Notes: a model not told the origin generated them from the sequence alone. Shown: positions 15,200 to 24,819, counted from the first letter of the stretch. The stretch: DNA of 32,000 nucleotides from Clostridia bacterium (GCA_045617125.1 JAZLIA010000056.1:4612-36611); one strand, 5' to 3'. Translations and numbers: made by a program.

Positions 15200-16692
15200 C
15201 ACCTGCGCCTCCTTTTCCGCCATACGAGCAAGCCTAACGTAACACAGGCCAGCGGTAAAACCCCGATCAAAGCCACACACAGCAGCTGATACACCCGGTT
15301 ATTCGGAATCATCAGCCTGTCGGCTCCCATGCTCCGCCCGGCAGCATGGCTTTTTTCTTCCCTTCCTGCCAGCCAGTTCACCGGAGTAAGCAAGAGCTTG
15401 TCATTGCTGTAGGCTTCAAACATGGCGTCATTCGTTAAAAACAGTGCGTTTCCGATCACAAACACGCGCATGGTTCCAGCCTTCTTTTCATACTCTGCCG
15501 CAGTGGCCACCGAAAAGCTTCCCATCTCATCCTTTTTGGACTGCTGCAGGCCTTCATCGGCATTCAGTTCACTCTTGACATACGAATAAGGCGAAGTCAT
15601 GAGCAGATCCCACATCTGCAGACCTGCAGGGCGGATCCCCACCCGGCGAACAGCGCGGCTTTGAGGCAGGACCACATAATCCGTCCCGTCGAAGCTATGA
15701 TCGAACGGGCTGTTCTCCCCGTCAGTTTCCATATGGATATTCGGCATTAGGTACAGTTGATTCCGGTAGTAATACCCTGCGGAACCCACATTTTCAATAA
15801 GAAGGCCGGGATCGGCTTTCAGGCAGAAACCGGAAAGCAGCGCGTCAAACCGCTCAAGCCCCCGGGAACCGTAGCTGCAGGCATAATAAAGACTGCCGCC
15901 GTTTTCCAAGAATGCATGAAGCAGCTCGAATTCCTCTTTCGAAAGGTCCCGCGTGGGCTCGATCACCAGAAGAACGTTTCCGTTTCCAGGTTCAGGCGTG
16001 CTTTGCGAAAGGAGCAGCTCGGACACGATAAAATTCTGCTCCTCCAAAGCAGCCAGAGCGCTGCGCATCTGCTCTGTACCCGCTTCACCGTGCCCCTGAA
16101 GAAGATACAGCCGGGTTCCTTCCGTGCCGGTCACCTGGTATATGGCCGTGTTGACCGCCTGCTCCCCCACAAAATCATAACGGGTGAATTCCTGGGTAAC
16201 AGGGTCCACCTCATATTCAAACAGCCGTGCGCCCGGGATCACCCTGAAGCGTCGATCATCCCCGGAGGCCACAATGACCGAATTGGTGGAAAGCTCCGTT
16301 CCCTCTGTGCGGAAACGCGCTGCCGAAGCAGGATTCGCAACGATATCCAGATTTTTCACGGTCACGTTTCCGCCAGCCGCGTAACGGGTAAGCATTTCCG
16401 TCACGATCAAACGAAGATCAGACTGTACATTCTCCTGAAACAGGGTATAGATATGAACCGGTTCTTCCAGTCTGGAAAGCATTTTACGGGTATCCTCTGT
16501 AATGGAAAAACGTCCGTTCCGGCTCAGATCCAGCTTGAGAGCATATTTGTCCTCCACGCCGGTCATGATCCGGTTAAGTGCAAACACCAGGGCAATCACC
16601 GCAAGCGTAAGTGCGATATTGCGGATCGTATGCCCCGCTTTTTCCAATAAACACCGTTTTTTCCTGTCAGGCTCATGCGTTTTTTTCATCAT
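15199..16692 (-). CDS. GldG-like ABC-transporter auxiliary protein (ABC_transp_aux family)
   Basis: N- and C-terminal TM anchors (IALTLAVIALVFAL; LLCVALIGVLPLACVTLGLLVW) flank a large external domain. The gene follows an ABC-2 permease. Start chosen at ATGATG 16692 with GAGGAAG upstream. Confidence 0.6.
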   Translation of the reverse strand: MMKKTHEPDRKKRCLLEKAGHTIRNIALTLAVIALVFALNRIMTGVEDKYALKLDLSRNGRFSITEDTRKMLSRLEEPVHIYTLFQENVQSDLRLIVTEMLTRYAAGGNVTVKNLDIVANPASAARFRTEGTELSTNSVIVASGDDRRFRVIPGARLFEYEVDPVTQEFTRYDFVGEQAVNTAIYQVTGTEGTRLYLLQGHGEAGTEQMRSALAALEEQNFIVSELLLSQSTPEPGNGNVLLVIEPTRDLSKEEFELLHAFLENGGSLYYACSYGSRGLERFDALLSGFCLKADPGLLIENVGSAGYYYRNQLYLMPNIHMETDGENSPFDHSFDGTDYVVLPQSRAVRRVGIRPAGLQMWDLLMTSPYSYVKSELNADEGLQQSKKDEMGSFSVATAAEYEKKAGTMRVFVIGNALFLTNDAMFEAYSNDKLLLTPVNWLAGREEKSHAAGRSMGADRLMIPNNRVYQLLCVALIGVLPLACVTLGLLVWRKRRRR

Positions 16693-16705
16693 CTTCCCCG
16701 CTTCC

Positions 16706-17428
16706 TCACTGATCGGCATAACGCCGTCTGTCAAGCACGCGCACTGTGAGGAACAGCATCACAAAGCACACAGAGCAAAAATACAGCACGTTGGAGGGGC
16801 TGAGCAGTCCAGCTGCAAAATCACTGTTCCGGTCATTGAGACTGAGCCAGCCAAAGAGCCTGCCGAGCCAGAAAAACCAGCTGCCGGAGGAAAGCATCTG
16901 CGGCACATTCTCCAGCACCTGCAGCATGATGTTCACCACCAATGTGGCGACCGCCGCGGTAATCTGATTTTCGCAAAGCGAGCTGATCAGAATGCCCACA
17001 GAAAGGTACACACAGCCCAGAAGAAAACAACCGATATAGTTTGTGATCACGCTGCCCACCGCCAGCGTGCCAAAGAGCGCAATGATCACGGGATAAACAA
17101 GGGTCACCGCAAGCGTGACCGCCAGTGCCGCGGCTGCCGCGAAAAACTTGCCCGCGGCAATTGCCGCTAACGTCACCGGAGCGGTCAGGATCAGTTGATC
17201 GGTGCGGCTGCGCTTTTCTTCGGTAAAAAGGCGCATGGTAAGAATGGGCGTGAAAAGGGTGAGAATATACACCACGCGGTTAAAAAAACTGCCCATGTCT
17301 GAGGAACCCGGAGAAAGATTATAGCCCCAGAAGAAAAAACCGCTCACCAGCAGAAAAAAAGCCATGAAAACATAGCCGACCGGGGTAAAAAACAAGGCTT
17401 TCAGTTCCTTTTTGAAAATTGCTTTCAC
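16706..17428 (-). CDS. ABC-2 type transporter permease
   Basis: 240 aa with about 6 TM segments. The GTG start overlaps the ATPase stop (GTGA). Confidence 0.75.
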   Translation of the reverse strand: MKAIFKKELKALFFTPVGYVFMAFFLLVSGFFFWGYNLSPGSSDMGSFFNRVVYILTLFTPILTMRLFTEEKRSRTDQLILTAPVTLAAIAAGKFFAAAAALAVTLAVTLVYPVIIALFGTLAVGSVITNYIGCFLLGCVYLSVGILISSLCENQITAAVATLVVNIMLQVLENVPQMLSSGSWFFWLGRLFGWLSLNDRNSDFAAGLLSPSNVLYFCSVCFVMLFLTVRVLDRRRYADQ

Positions 17429-18384
17429 GCTTTTTCCTCCCTCCCCGTTTCCATCTCTTCGCTGCTGAACAGATCGTCCCTTGTGATCCTGAGGAAACGT
17501 TCCTCCAGGCTCTCCTGTTCAGGCGAAAGCAGGAGCAGCGAACACTTCCGTTCACTCAGATACCAGAAGAGACGCTCCGCGCTGTCCTTTTCGGATCCCA
17601 TCGTGATGCGGAAAAGCCCGTCAGGTTCCTTCTCCGTCCGCATCACCTCCGGGCAGGCTGAGAGAATGCAGAAGGCCGTTTCCTCATCCGCCCCGACCCG
17701 CACGCGGAACGAACCTCTGTTTTCTCCGCGCAGGCCTTCCATGGTGTCCTCCAGCACGATGCGTCCCTGATTGAGGATCACCACCCGGGTGCACACCTCC
17801 TCGATCTCGCTGAGGATATGGCTGGAAAGGATCACGGTGTGATCCTCCCTCAGATCCCGTACCAATTGTCTGATCCCGATCATCTGCGTTGGATCAAGGC
17901 CCACCGTGGGCTCATCCAGAATGATCACATCCGGGTTGCCCGCCAGGGCCTGAGCAATTCCGGTACGCTGCTTATATCCCTTGGAAAGATTGCGGATCAG
18001 GCGGGAACGCATGTCGTGAAGGCCGGTCAGCTCCAGCAGATCATTTACATGCTTTGTGCGCATGCTTTTGCGCACATGCCTGAGCTCACAGCAGAAGCGC
18101 AGATATTCTTCCACCGTCATATCCATATACAGCGGCGGAATCTCCGGCAGATATCCGACGCGCTGACGACATTCGAAGGGATCCTTCACCACATCGTAAT
18201 CATCCAGCGTGATGGTTCCCTCCGTGATCGGAATATAGCCGGTGATCATATTCATGGTGGTGGATTTACCCGCGCCATTCCGCCCAAGAAATCCCAGCAC
18301 GTCCCCCTTCCGGGCGGAAAAACTGATCCCCTTCACCGCGTATTTCGCACCGTATCGTTTTGTAACATTCCGGATCTCGATCAT
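17425..18384 (-). CDS. ABC transporter ATP-binding protein
   Basis: Walker A GRNGAGKST, signature LSKGYKQR, Walker B IILDEPTVGLD. AAAGGAGA RBS. Confidence 0.9.
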   Translation of the reverse strand: MIEIRNVTKRYGAKYAVKGISFSARKGDVLGFLGRNGAGKSTTMNMITGYIPITEGTITLDDYDVVKDPFECRQRVGYLPEIPPLYMDMTVEEYLRFCCELRHVRKSMRTKHVNDLLELTGLHDMRSRLIRNLSKGYKQRTGIAQALAGNPDVIILDEPTVGLDPTQMIGIRQLVRDLREDHTVILSSHILSEIEEVCTRVVILNQGRIVLEDTMEGLRGENRGSFRVRVGADEETAFCILSACPEVMRTEKEPDGLFRITMGSEKDSAERLFWYLSERKCSLLLLSPEQESLEERFLRITRDDLFSSEEMETGREEKA

Positions 18385-18412
18385 TCGGAATCTGAGTCTC
18401 CTTTCCTAAACG

Positions 18413-18438
18413 CAAAAAGGGCAGCGCTATCCTGCCCT
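18413..18438 (-). terminator. Intrinsic terminator ending the long sugar/CoA operon
   Basis: The minus strand reads AGGGCAG-gatagcg-CTGCCCT followed by TTTTTGCGTTT. The 7 bp stem is at 18418-18424 / 18432-18438, directly after the stop at 18444. Confidence 0.7.
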
Positions 18439-18443
18439 CCTGT

Positions 18444-19214
18444 TTACGGATGTTGATATGCAGAAAAACTGAACATGGGTTCCCGGTTCGCCAGTGCGAT
18501 CCATTCTCTGAGAGAGGAAAGCTGCTCCGCGCTTCCCACGCACTGGAAAAACGCTCCGCCTTCACAGCCACACACCCCGCCTCCGGCCACCAGATGCGGC
18601 TCGCAGCCTGTGAGAGAATGGATCGCGTCCAATTCTGTAAACACCGTGCCAAAGGACGGCGCCAGCCTTTCCCCCACCGCATCCGGTGAATTACATAACA
18701 GACAAAGCCGGGAAATGGGTTCGTATACCCGTTTCTCCACGCCCACCGGAGTAATGAGCTTTGCACGCCTTCCCACCACGGCCCGGTAGATCACGCCCAT
18801 CGTGCCGGAGGTGGGGTTGCCTGCCAGCACGGCGGCTTCACCGGTTTGCAGATTGACCGCGTTGGCCCCCTTGAAAATCAGGTCTCCCTCCTGCAGGGCA
18901 TCGCCCACATCATGGATCGTGGCTCCCTTCTGCCACACACCGTGATCAATGACCACATCGCCCTTCACTCTTTTGAGGCTCCCGGGGATCGCTTCCCGCC
19001 GGATGATACCCCGGAAAAAGCCGTGGATATCAAAATCCCCTTCCCCGATCTGATGCAGAAGTTCCTCGGCCAAATATGCGTTCGTTGTGCCTGCGACCAC
19101 CACCACCCGGCGGTTTTTCATCGCATTCAAAACTTCCTCCTGCCTGGAAAGAGCCAGTGCGATCAGCCTTTTTCCGCCAGCCGGGGTAAGAAACACCTGC
19201 TTGGATTCCGTCAT
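18444..19214 (-). CDS. Hypothetical protein (256 aa), translationally coupled to the biotin carrier gene
   Basis: ATGA start/stop overlap with the upstream gene (19214-19211). I recognise no family. It has a Rossmann-like stretch RRVVVVAGTTNAYLAEELL and a Gly/Cys-rich stretch VAGGGVCGCEGGAFF. Confidence 0.6.
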   Translation of the reverse strand: MTESKQVFLTPAGGKRLIALALSRQEEVLNAMKNRRVVVVAGTTNAYLAEELLHQIGEGDFDIHGFFRGIIRREAIPGSLKRVKGDVVIDHGVWQKGATIHDVGDALQEGDLIFKGANAVNLQTGEAAVLAGNPTSGTMGVIYRAVVGRRAKLITPVGVEKRVYEPISRLCLLCNSPDAVGERLAPSFGTVFTELDAIHSLTGCEPHLVAGGGVCGCEGGAFFQCVGSAEQLSSLREWIALANREPMFSFSAYQHP

Positions 19215-19531
19215 TCTTCATCACCTCTGATTTTCATCAGCAGCGCCTTTGCCGGCACTGTATCTCCCGGGGCTACCAGCACCTGTTCCGTGATCCCGTC
19301 AAAGGGCGCGGTAATCTCGTTTTCCATCTTCATGGCTTCCACCACCGCCATTAGATCACCTTTCCTGACTTTCTGACCCTCTGCGGCATTCACAAGAATC
19401 ACCCTCCCCGGCAGAGGCGATACAATGTTTCCGTCCTCCTTCATGGGAGGAAGCGGGCGGGGAATATAGGTGTATGCCGGCTGCAGCCCGGAAGAGGAGC
19501 CACCCTTCTGCTCCGATCGCTTTTCCGTCAT
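19211..19531 (-). CDS. Biotin carboxyl carrier / biotinyl-domain protein
   Basis: 106 aa with the biotinylation motif VEAMKMENEI in a C-terminal lipoyl/biotinyl fold. GGGAGGA RBS. Confidence 0.85.
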   Translation of the reverse strand: MTEKRSEQKGGSSSGLQPAYTYIPRPLPPMKEDGNIVSPLPGRVILVNAAEGQKVRKGDLMAVVEAMKMENEITAPFDGITEQVLVAPGDTVPAKALLMKIRGDEE

Positions 19532-19543
19532 TTTGTCCTCCCT

Positions 19544-21085
19544 TTACACCGGCATGTTGCCGTGCTTTTTGGGCAATGCTTCTTCATGCTTGTTTTCCAG
19601 CGCACTCAGGCACCGGATCAGCACCCTCCTGGTTTCGTTTGGCAGTATCACGATATCCGTGTATTCCCGCGCCGCCTTTTTCCAGGGATTGCAGAATTCC
19701 GCTTCATAAAAAGCAGTCAGTTCCTTCTTTTTCTGTTCAGGATCCTCCGCCGCTGCGATCTCCTTGCGGAACACGATGCTTGCCGCTCCCTGTGCCCCCA
19801 TGACGGCAGATTCGGCGGTAGGCCAGCTCAGCACCACATCCGGCCCCATTCCCTTCTCACACATGCAGGCGGAAGCGCCGCCATACATTTTGCGCAGGGT
19901 AAGGGCGATCTTGGGCACGGTGGCATTTCCCACGGCATACACCATTTTGGCCCCGTGGCGCAATATGCCGGCATATTCCTGTTCCGTTCCGGGAAGGCAG
20001 CCCGGCACATCGCTCAAAAACACCAGGGAGATCCCGAAGGCATCGCAGAGATTCACGAACGCGGCGCCCTTGTCTGCAGCATCGCGGTCCATACTTCCGG
20101 CCTTGCAAAGCGGCTGATTGGCAACAAAGCCCACGCTTTTTCCGTTCAGCCGTCCCAGGGCAGTCACCAGATTCGGGGCAAACTCGGGTCGGATCTCATA
20201 ATAGAACCCGTCATCCGCAACGCTGCCGATCACCCGGCGCACATCGTAGACCTTTTCATGTTTTTCAGGGATCAGATTGTCCAATTCAGGAACAAACCGC
20301 CCGGGATCATCCTCCGTTCGGTAGACCGGCGGTTTTTCAAGACAGTTATCCGGAAGGAAGCTCAGCATCAGCTTCAGTTGTTCAATACAATCCCAGTCAT
20401 CTGCGGCCACCCGGTGGCACACACCGGAAACCCGGGCATGCATCCTGGCGCCGCCCAGGGTTTCGTCATCCACCGTTTCCCCGGTCACGCTTTTCACCAC
20501 ATTGGGGCCGGTAACAAACATGCGGCTGTTTCCGTCCACACAGATCACAAAATCGGTAAGACAGGGAGAATAGGCTCCGCCGCCTGCGCAGGGACCCATC
20601 ACCGCGCTGATCTGAGGAATATAACCCGAAGCTTTCACATTGAGACGGAAAATATCCAGATAAAGCTTGGTATCCACGCCTTCCTGGATACGGGCCCCGC
20701 CGCTGTCGTTCAGAGCAATCAGCGGCTTTCCTGCCCGGATCGCTTCTTCCATCAGCCTCACGATCTTGATGCCGTGCATTTCTCCCAGGGAGCCGCCCAC
20801 CACGGTGGCATCCTGAGCATAGGCATACACCGTGCGGCCGTTCACAGTGCCAAAGCCGGTGACCACACCGTCTCCCGGCGCCTTCACCTTATCCATCCCG
20901 AAGGCGGAAGCCCTGTGCTCCACAAACAGACCGTACTCCGTAAAGCTGCCTTCGTCAAAAAGAAGCTCCAGCCGCTCCCTTGCGGTCAGTTTTCCCTTAG
21001 CATGCTGTTTTTCGATCTTTTCCGGTCCTCCGCCCTGCATGAGCAGGGCACGTTTTTTTACAAGCTCCTCATTCAGGGTGTTCAT
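19544..21085 (-). CDS. Acyl-CoA carboxyltransferase subunit (methylmalonyl-CoA decarboxylase alpha / propionyl-CoA carboxylase beta family)
   Basis: 513 aa. KGKLTARERLELLFDEGSFTE, VVTGFGTVNGRTVYAYAQDATVVGGSLGE and LNDSGGARIQEG are typical of the crotonase-like carboxyltransferase family. Confidence 0.85.
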   Translation of the reverse strand: MNTLNEELVKKRALLMQGGGPEKIEKQHAKGKLTARERLELLFDEGSFTEYGLFVEHRASAFGMDKVKAPGDGVVTGFGTVNGRTVYAYAQDATVVGGSLGEMHGIKIVRLMEEAIRAGKPLIALNDSGGARIQEGVDTKLYLDIFRLNVKASGYIPQISAVMGPCAGGGAYSPCLTDFVICVDGNSRMFVTGPNVVKSVTGETVDDETLGGARMHARVSGVCHRVAADDWDCIEQLKLMLSFLPDNCLEKPPVYRTEDDPGRFVPELDNLIPEKHEKVYDVRRVIGSVADDGFYYEIRPEFAPNLVTALGRLNGKSVGFVANQPLCKAGSMDRDAADKGAAFVNLCDAFGISLVFLSDVPGCLPGTEQEYAGILRHGAKMVYAVGNATVPKIALTLRKMYGGASACMCEKGMGPDVVLSWPTAESAVMGAQGAASIVFRKEIAAAEDPEQKKKELTAFYEAEFCNPWKKAAREYTDIVILPNETRRVLIRCLSALENKHEEALPKKHGNMPV

Positions 21086-21096
21086 ATTCCCCTCCG

Positions 21097-22275
21097 TTAT
21101 TCAAAAGCGCAACGGATCTCCTCATCAGTCATGCCAAGCAGCTCACGCAGAATGCTTTCGGTATCCTCTCCCAAGCCCGGAGAACGGAAGGACGCCTGAT
21201 AGGGCACAGAATCCATCTTCAGAGGGAACCCCACAGTGCGGAAATGCTGGTTTTCCGTTCTGTCCTCCACATCGATATACATGTTCCGCGCCCGAAGCTG
21301 CTCATTATCCGCCACATCATTCACCCGGTTGATCTCGCCAAAGGGAAGCGATTCCTTTTCCATCAATGCTGCCGCTTCACGGGTGGTAAGGGCAGCAAAA
21401 ATGGGCTGCATCGCCTTTTCCAGTTCATCCTTATGGGCGTAGCGGTCCTTCTGCTCATGGAAAAGAGGATTTTCATACACCTCGGGATGTCCCAAAACCT
21501 GCATCAGCGCGGAAAACTGCTTGTTGGTGGGGCAGCATACCATGATGCTGCCGTCTTTGGTGGCAAATTCCTGGAACGGAGCAGAGATCGCATGCCGGTT
21601 TCCCTGCGGCACAGGCACAACGCCGTTCATATTGTAGCGGGCGATCTCGTTCACCATTACAGAGGCTGCCATGGAATCGAGCATGGACACATCCACCATC
21701 TGGCCTTCTCCGGTCGCATCCCGGTACCTGAGGGCACTCAGAATGCCGATCACAGCGTACAGGCCAGTGGTAATATCGGCAATCGAAGTTCCGGCTTTAA
21801 CGGGTTTTCCGTTCTTTTCACCGGTCACGCTCATAAAGCCGCTCATCGCCTGCACGGCAATATCCAGCGCGCCCCTTGAGGCATACGGGCCGGTCTGGCC
21901 GAAGCCCGAGATCGCAGCATAGATCACATCCGGTTTCACAGCCTTCATTTCCTCATAGGAAAGACCGAATTTTTTCATCGTGCCGGGCTTGTAGTTTTCC
22001 ACCACCACATCGCTCTTTTTGAGCAGCTGCAGGAAGATCTCCCTTTGACGAATGTTCTTCAGGTTCAGCTCAATGCTTTTTTTACCGCGGTTGCAGCTGA
22101 TAAATTTGGCGCTGGTGCGTCCGCAGGTGGGCGTCTCGTTGCGGGTGTCATCCCCCACGCCCTGACGCTCGATCTTGATCACCTCCGCGCCAAGATCCGC
22201 CAGAGTGAGCGTGCAGAGCGGGCCGGAAACGAACTGTGTCAGGTCCAGCACACGAATTCCTTCAAGTGGTTTCAT
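21097..22275 (-). CDS. Class III CoA-transferase (CaiB/BaiF/formyl-CoA transferase family)
   Basis: 392 aa. N-terminus MKPLEGIRVLDLTQFVSGPLCTLTLADLGAEVIKIE is the family hallmark. ATGA overlap with the upstream kinase gene. Confidence 0.85.
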   Translation of the reverse strand: MKPLEGIRVLDLTQFVSGPLCTLTLADLGAEVIKIERQGVGDDTRNETPTCGRTSAKFISCNRGKKSIELNLKNIRQREIFLQLLKKSDVVVENYKPGTMKKFGLSYEEMKAVKPDVIYAAISGFGQTGPYASRGALDIAVQAMSGFMSVTGEKNGKPVKAGTSIADITTGLYAVIGILSALRYRDATGEGQMVDVSMLDSMAASVMVNEIARYNMNGVVPVPQGNRHAISAPFQEFATKDGSIMVCCPTNKQFSALMQVLGHPEVYENPLFHEQKDRYAHKDELEKAMQPIFAALTTREAAALMEKESLPFGEINRVNDVADNEQLRARNMYIDVEDRTENQHFRTVGFPLKMDSVPYQASFRSPGLGEDTESILRELLGMTDEEIRCAFE

Positions 22276-23780
22276 ACTGCGTCATCCTTTCTTCCGATCC
22301 ATCCGCACAGGCGGTGATCCGTTTTCGTAAGGGCGCTGCGGGCCTCCAGGAAGATCTCCTTCAGCTCCTTATACTGTGCGTTCGCACGTTCATCCGGTTC
22401 AGTCACCGTTTTTCCCGTATGGAATCTCAGTACCTCGTCATAATTGAATGCAAGCCCCACCGCTTTTGCGGCGATCACCGCGATCCCCAGTGCACCGGCA
22501 TGGGAAGACATTTGTGTCGTAATCACATTGAGTCCCGTCACATCAGCGATCACCCGGCGCCAAAGAAGGCTGTCCGCCCCGCCGCCCACGAGAGTGATCC
22601 GGTCCGATCGGATCCCGGGGTTCGCCGCAAGAATGATCTGCCTGATCCTGTCAAGCTGCATCGCAACGCCCTCCGGCACCGCCCTGCAAAGCTGATCCTT
22701 CTCCGTCGCGGAGCTCAGACCCAGGAAGCTTCCCCTGATATCAGGATCCCAGAAGGGAGCTCTTTCCCCCATCAGGTTTGGCAGGAAAAGCACTCCGCCG
22801 GCCCCGGGACCGGCATCAAGCGCCAGCGTATTCATTTCGTCATAACTCAGTCCCAGCACGCGTTTGAGCCAGCTGAAGCTGTAACCGCCGGACTGCATGG
22901 TTCCGCTGTCCCTGAAGCCGCCCAGATAGCGGATCTTGGAAACACTCATGCTTGGATCCGGTTCCGCCAGATCAGTCACTGTACACACCCAGCTGGATGT
23001 GCCAAGACTGATATAGGTGTCGCCCTTCCTGAAGGCGCCGGAACCCAGCGTGGCGGCGCCGCCGTCACCGGTACCCAGCACTACGTACGTTCCGCACGCA
23101 AGGCCGCATTCCTCTGCCGCGTCTTCCTTTACTTCGCCCAGTACCGTTCCGCATGGCAGGATCGGAGGGAGTTTTTCCAGGTCGATCCCCGCGGCAGAAA
23201 GGAGCAGCGGGGACCACTTTCCGCTTTCCAGCTCCGCCGCCTGTGTGAACGCGGCATCCTCTTCATCGGTCACACTCTTCCCGGTCAAACGAAAATCGAT
23301 ATAATCCTTGGCACTCAGGAAACAGTCGGCACGCTCATAAAGGGACGGCTCCTCCTCTTTGAAGCGCATCCATTTTGGCAAAGAATAGTTCGGACTTGGC
23401 CTCATCCCGGTCAGGCGGTAATATTCCCCTGCTCCTACCTTCTCAACAAGCCTCCGGCTCTGAGCACCGGCCCGGCTGTCCGCCCAGATCGCTGCCTTTT
23501 GAAGGGGCTTTCCCTTTTCCAGAGGCAGACATACCATCATCTGCCCGCTCACACACAGTGCCGCGATGTCCTCTTTCTTTATGCCCGTCAGCATTTCCCG
23601 GGTGACCTGACAGAAAGCCTGCCACCACGCCTCCGGATCCTGTTCCGCCTTGCCGGAATTGTCCGTATAAAGAGGATAGGAACGGTTGATGGACAAAAGC
23701 ACCCCCTGATCCATGCTGACCAGCGTGGCCTTCACGCTGGAAGTGCCCAGATCATAAGCGGCAATGATCTTTTTATTCAT
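22272..23780 (-). CDS. FGGY-family carbohydrate kinase (xylulokinase-like)
   Basis: AAYDLGTSSVKATL and the C-terminal TLVGGGADSLLWRRVIADVTG motif. Start is ATG 23780 (MNKKII...) or 23789. The track start at 23864 would overlap the upstream gene. Confidence 0.8.
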   Translation of the reverse strand: MNKKIIAAYDLGTSSVKATLVSMDQGVLLSINRSYPLYTDNSGKAEQDPEAWWQAFCQVTREMLTGIKKEDIAALCVSGQMMVCLPLEKGKPLQKAAIWADSRAGAQSRRLVEKVGAGEYYRLTGMRPSPNYSLPKWMRFKEEEPSLYERADCFLSAKDYIDFRLTGKSVTDEEDAAFTQAAELESGKWSPLLLSAAGIDLEKLPPILPCGTVLGEVKEDAAEECGLACGTYVVLGTGDGGAATLGSGAFRKGDTYISLGTSSWVCTVTDLAEPDPSMSVSKIRYLGGFRDSGTMQSGGYSFSWLKRVLGLSYDEMNTLALDAGPGAGGVLFLPNLMGERAPFWDPDIRGSFLGLSSATEKDQLCRAVPEGVAMQLDRIRQIILAANPGIRSDRITLVGGGADSLLWRRVIADVTGLNVITTQMSSHAGALGIAVIAAKAVGLAFNYDEVLRFHTGKTVTEPDERANAQYKELKEIFLEARSALTKTDHRLCGWIGRKDDAV

Positions 23781-23793
23781 CGCATCCATCCGC

Positions 23794-24819
23794 TCAGAAC
23801 GTGAGCGCCACCTTCGTCGCTTTTTTGCTGTGGGTGAGCTCAAAGCCCTCCCGGAAGTTTTCAACCGGCATCACATGGGATACGAAATCGTCCAGGTCGA
23901 TCTTTCCGGAGCGCACGAATTCGACCACCTCATCATGCACCGCATACTCTTCCGGGAAGGTCGGCTTCTGAACAAACTGGATGCTCCAGTTATAGGGGGC
24001 AGGCTCCCAATCCAGCTCCGCATGGGTTTTGGGAGAAATGCCGTAAACACAGATCTTGCCATTGAAGCTGAGCACCTTAAATCCCGTGTTCATCAGGGCA
24101 TTGATGCCCACCGCGTCAATAAACAGATCCACTCCGCCGAGGAAAATGCGCTTGACCGCGTCGACCACATCCTCTTTTCCGGGGTTCACAACATGATCCG
24201 CCCCGAAATAACGGGCCTTTTCAAGACGCGTGTCATCCATATCGCTGACGATCAGTTCATCCACGCCCATCAGCTTGGCAAACTTCGTCATCGCCTGTCC
24301 TACAGGGCCGCAGCCGTTGATCATCACCTTCAGCCCTGCACGCACGCCGAAACGTTTGAGCGCACTGTAAACTTCCTTCAGGGTAATGATCATCATGGCC
24401 TTCGCGGGGTCGATATCCGGAGGAACGACCTGCTCCGCCATATGAGACACAGGCACATTCTTTTCTCCGTCCTCCACCCGGGCGAAGTAATCGGTCACCA
24501 AAGCACGCTCAGAAAAGCCGCCCCAGCCATGGAAATACTTATCCGTATCCTTCAGTTTGGCACGCAGCACATATTCTCCTACATGGAAATTACGCACCTT
24601 CTCCCCCACCGCAATGATCCTGCCGCAGGCTTCATGGCCCAGCACACAGGGATACGTGTCAAAGCCCTTGAAATGACCTTCGATCACCTTGGTATCGGTG
24701 CCGTTGCAGATGCCGCAGGAAACCACCTGCACCAGTGCGTCATAGGGACCCATTTCAGGCTCCGGTATATCATATACAAGCTCAAGCTCGCCGATCTTCG
24801 GCACAATAAGCCCTTTCAT
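23794..24819 (-). CDS. MDR-family Zn-dependent dehydrogenase
   Basis: 341 aa. CGICNGTDTKVIEGH, GHEACGRIIAVG, NAD fold INGCGPVGQAM. It lacks the four-Cys structural-Zn lobe found in the two dehydrogenases at 3563-5685. Confidence 0.8.
   Translation of the reverse strand: MKGLIVPKIGELELVYDIPEPEMGPYDALVQVVSCGICNGTDTKVIEGHFKGFDTYPCVLGHEACGRIIAVGEKVRNFHVGEYVLRAKLKDTDKYFHGWGGFSERALVTDYFARVEDGEKNVPVSHMAEQVVPPDIDPAKAMMIITLKEVYSALKRFGVRAGLKVMINGCGPVGQAMTKFAKLMGVDELIVSDMDDTRLEKARYFGADHVVNPGKEDVVDAVKRIFLGGVDLFIDAVGINALMNTGFKVLSFNGKICVYGISPKTHAELDWEPAPYNWSIQFVQKPTFPEEYAVHDEVVEFVRSGKIDLDDFVSHVMPVENFREGFELTHSKKATKVALTF

Noticed and set aside
16706-18384. The ABC-2 exporter as the dedicated exporter of the GG-leader peptides
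   Set aside because: It lies about 14 kb away in a separate, terminator-bounded operon. It has no C39 peptidase domain and is accompanied by GldG-like and DUF4340-like partners typical of a different system.
19562-21199. 545-aa + strand ORF opposite the carboxyltransferase; likewise 22236..23804 (522 aa) opposite the FGGY kinase and 23764..24855 opposite the dehydrogenase
   Set aside because: All are antisense shadows of genes with unambiguous family motifs, and their composition is typical of reverse-frame translation in GC-rich DNA.
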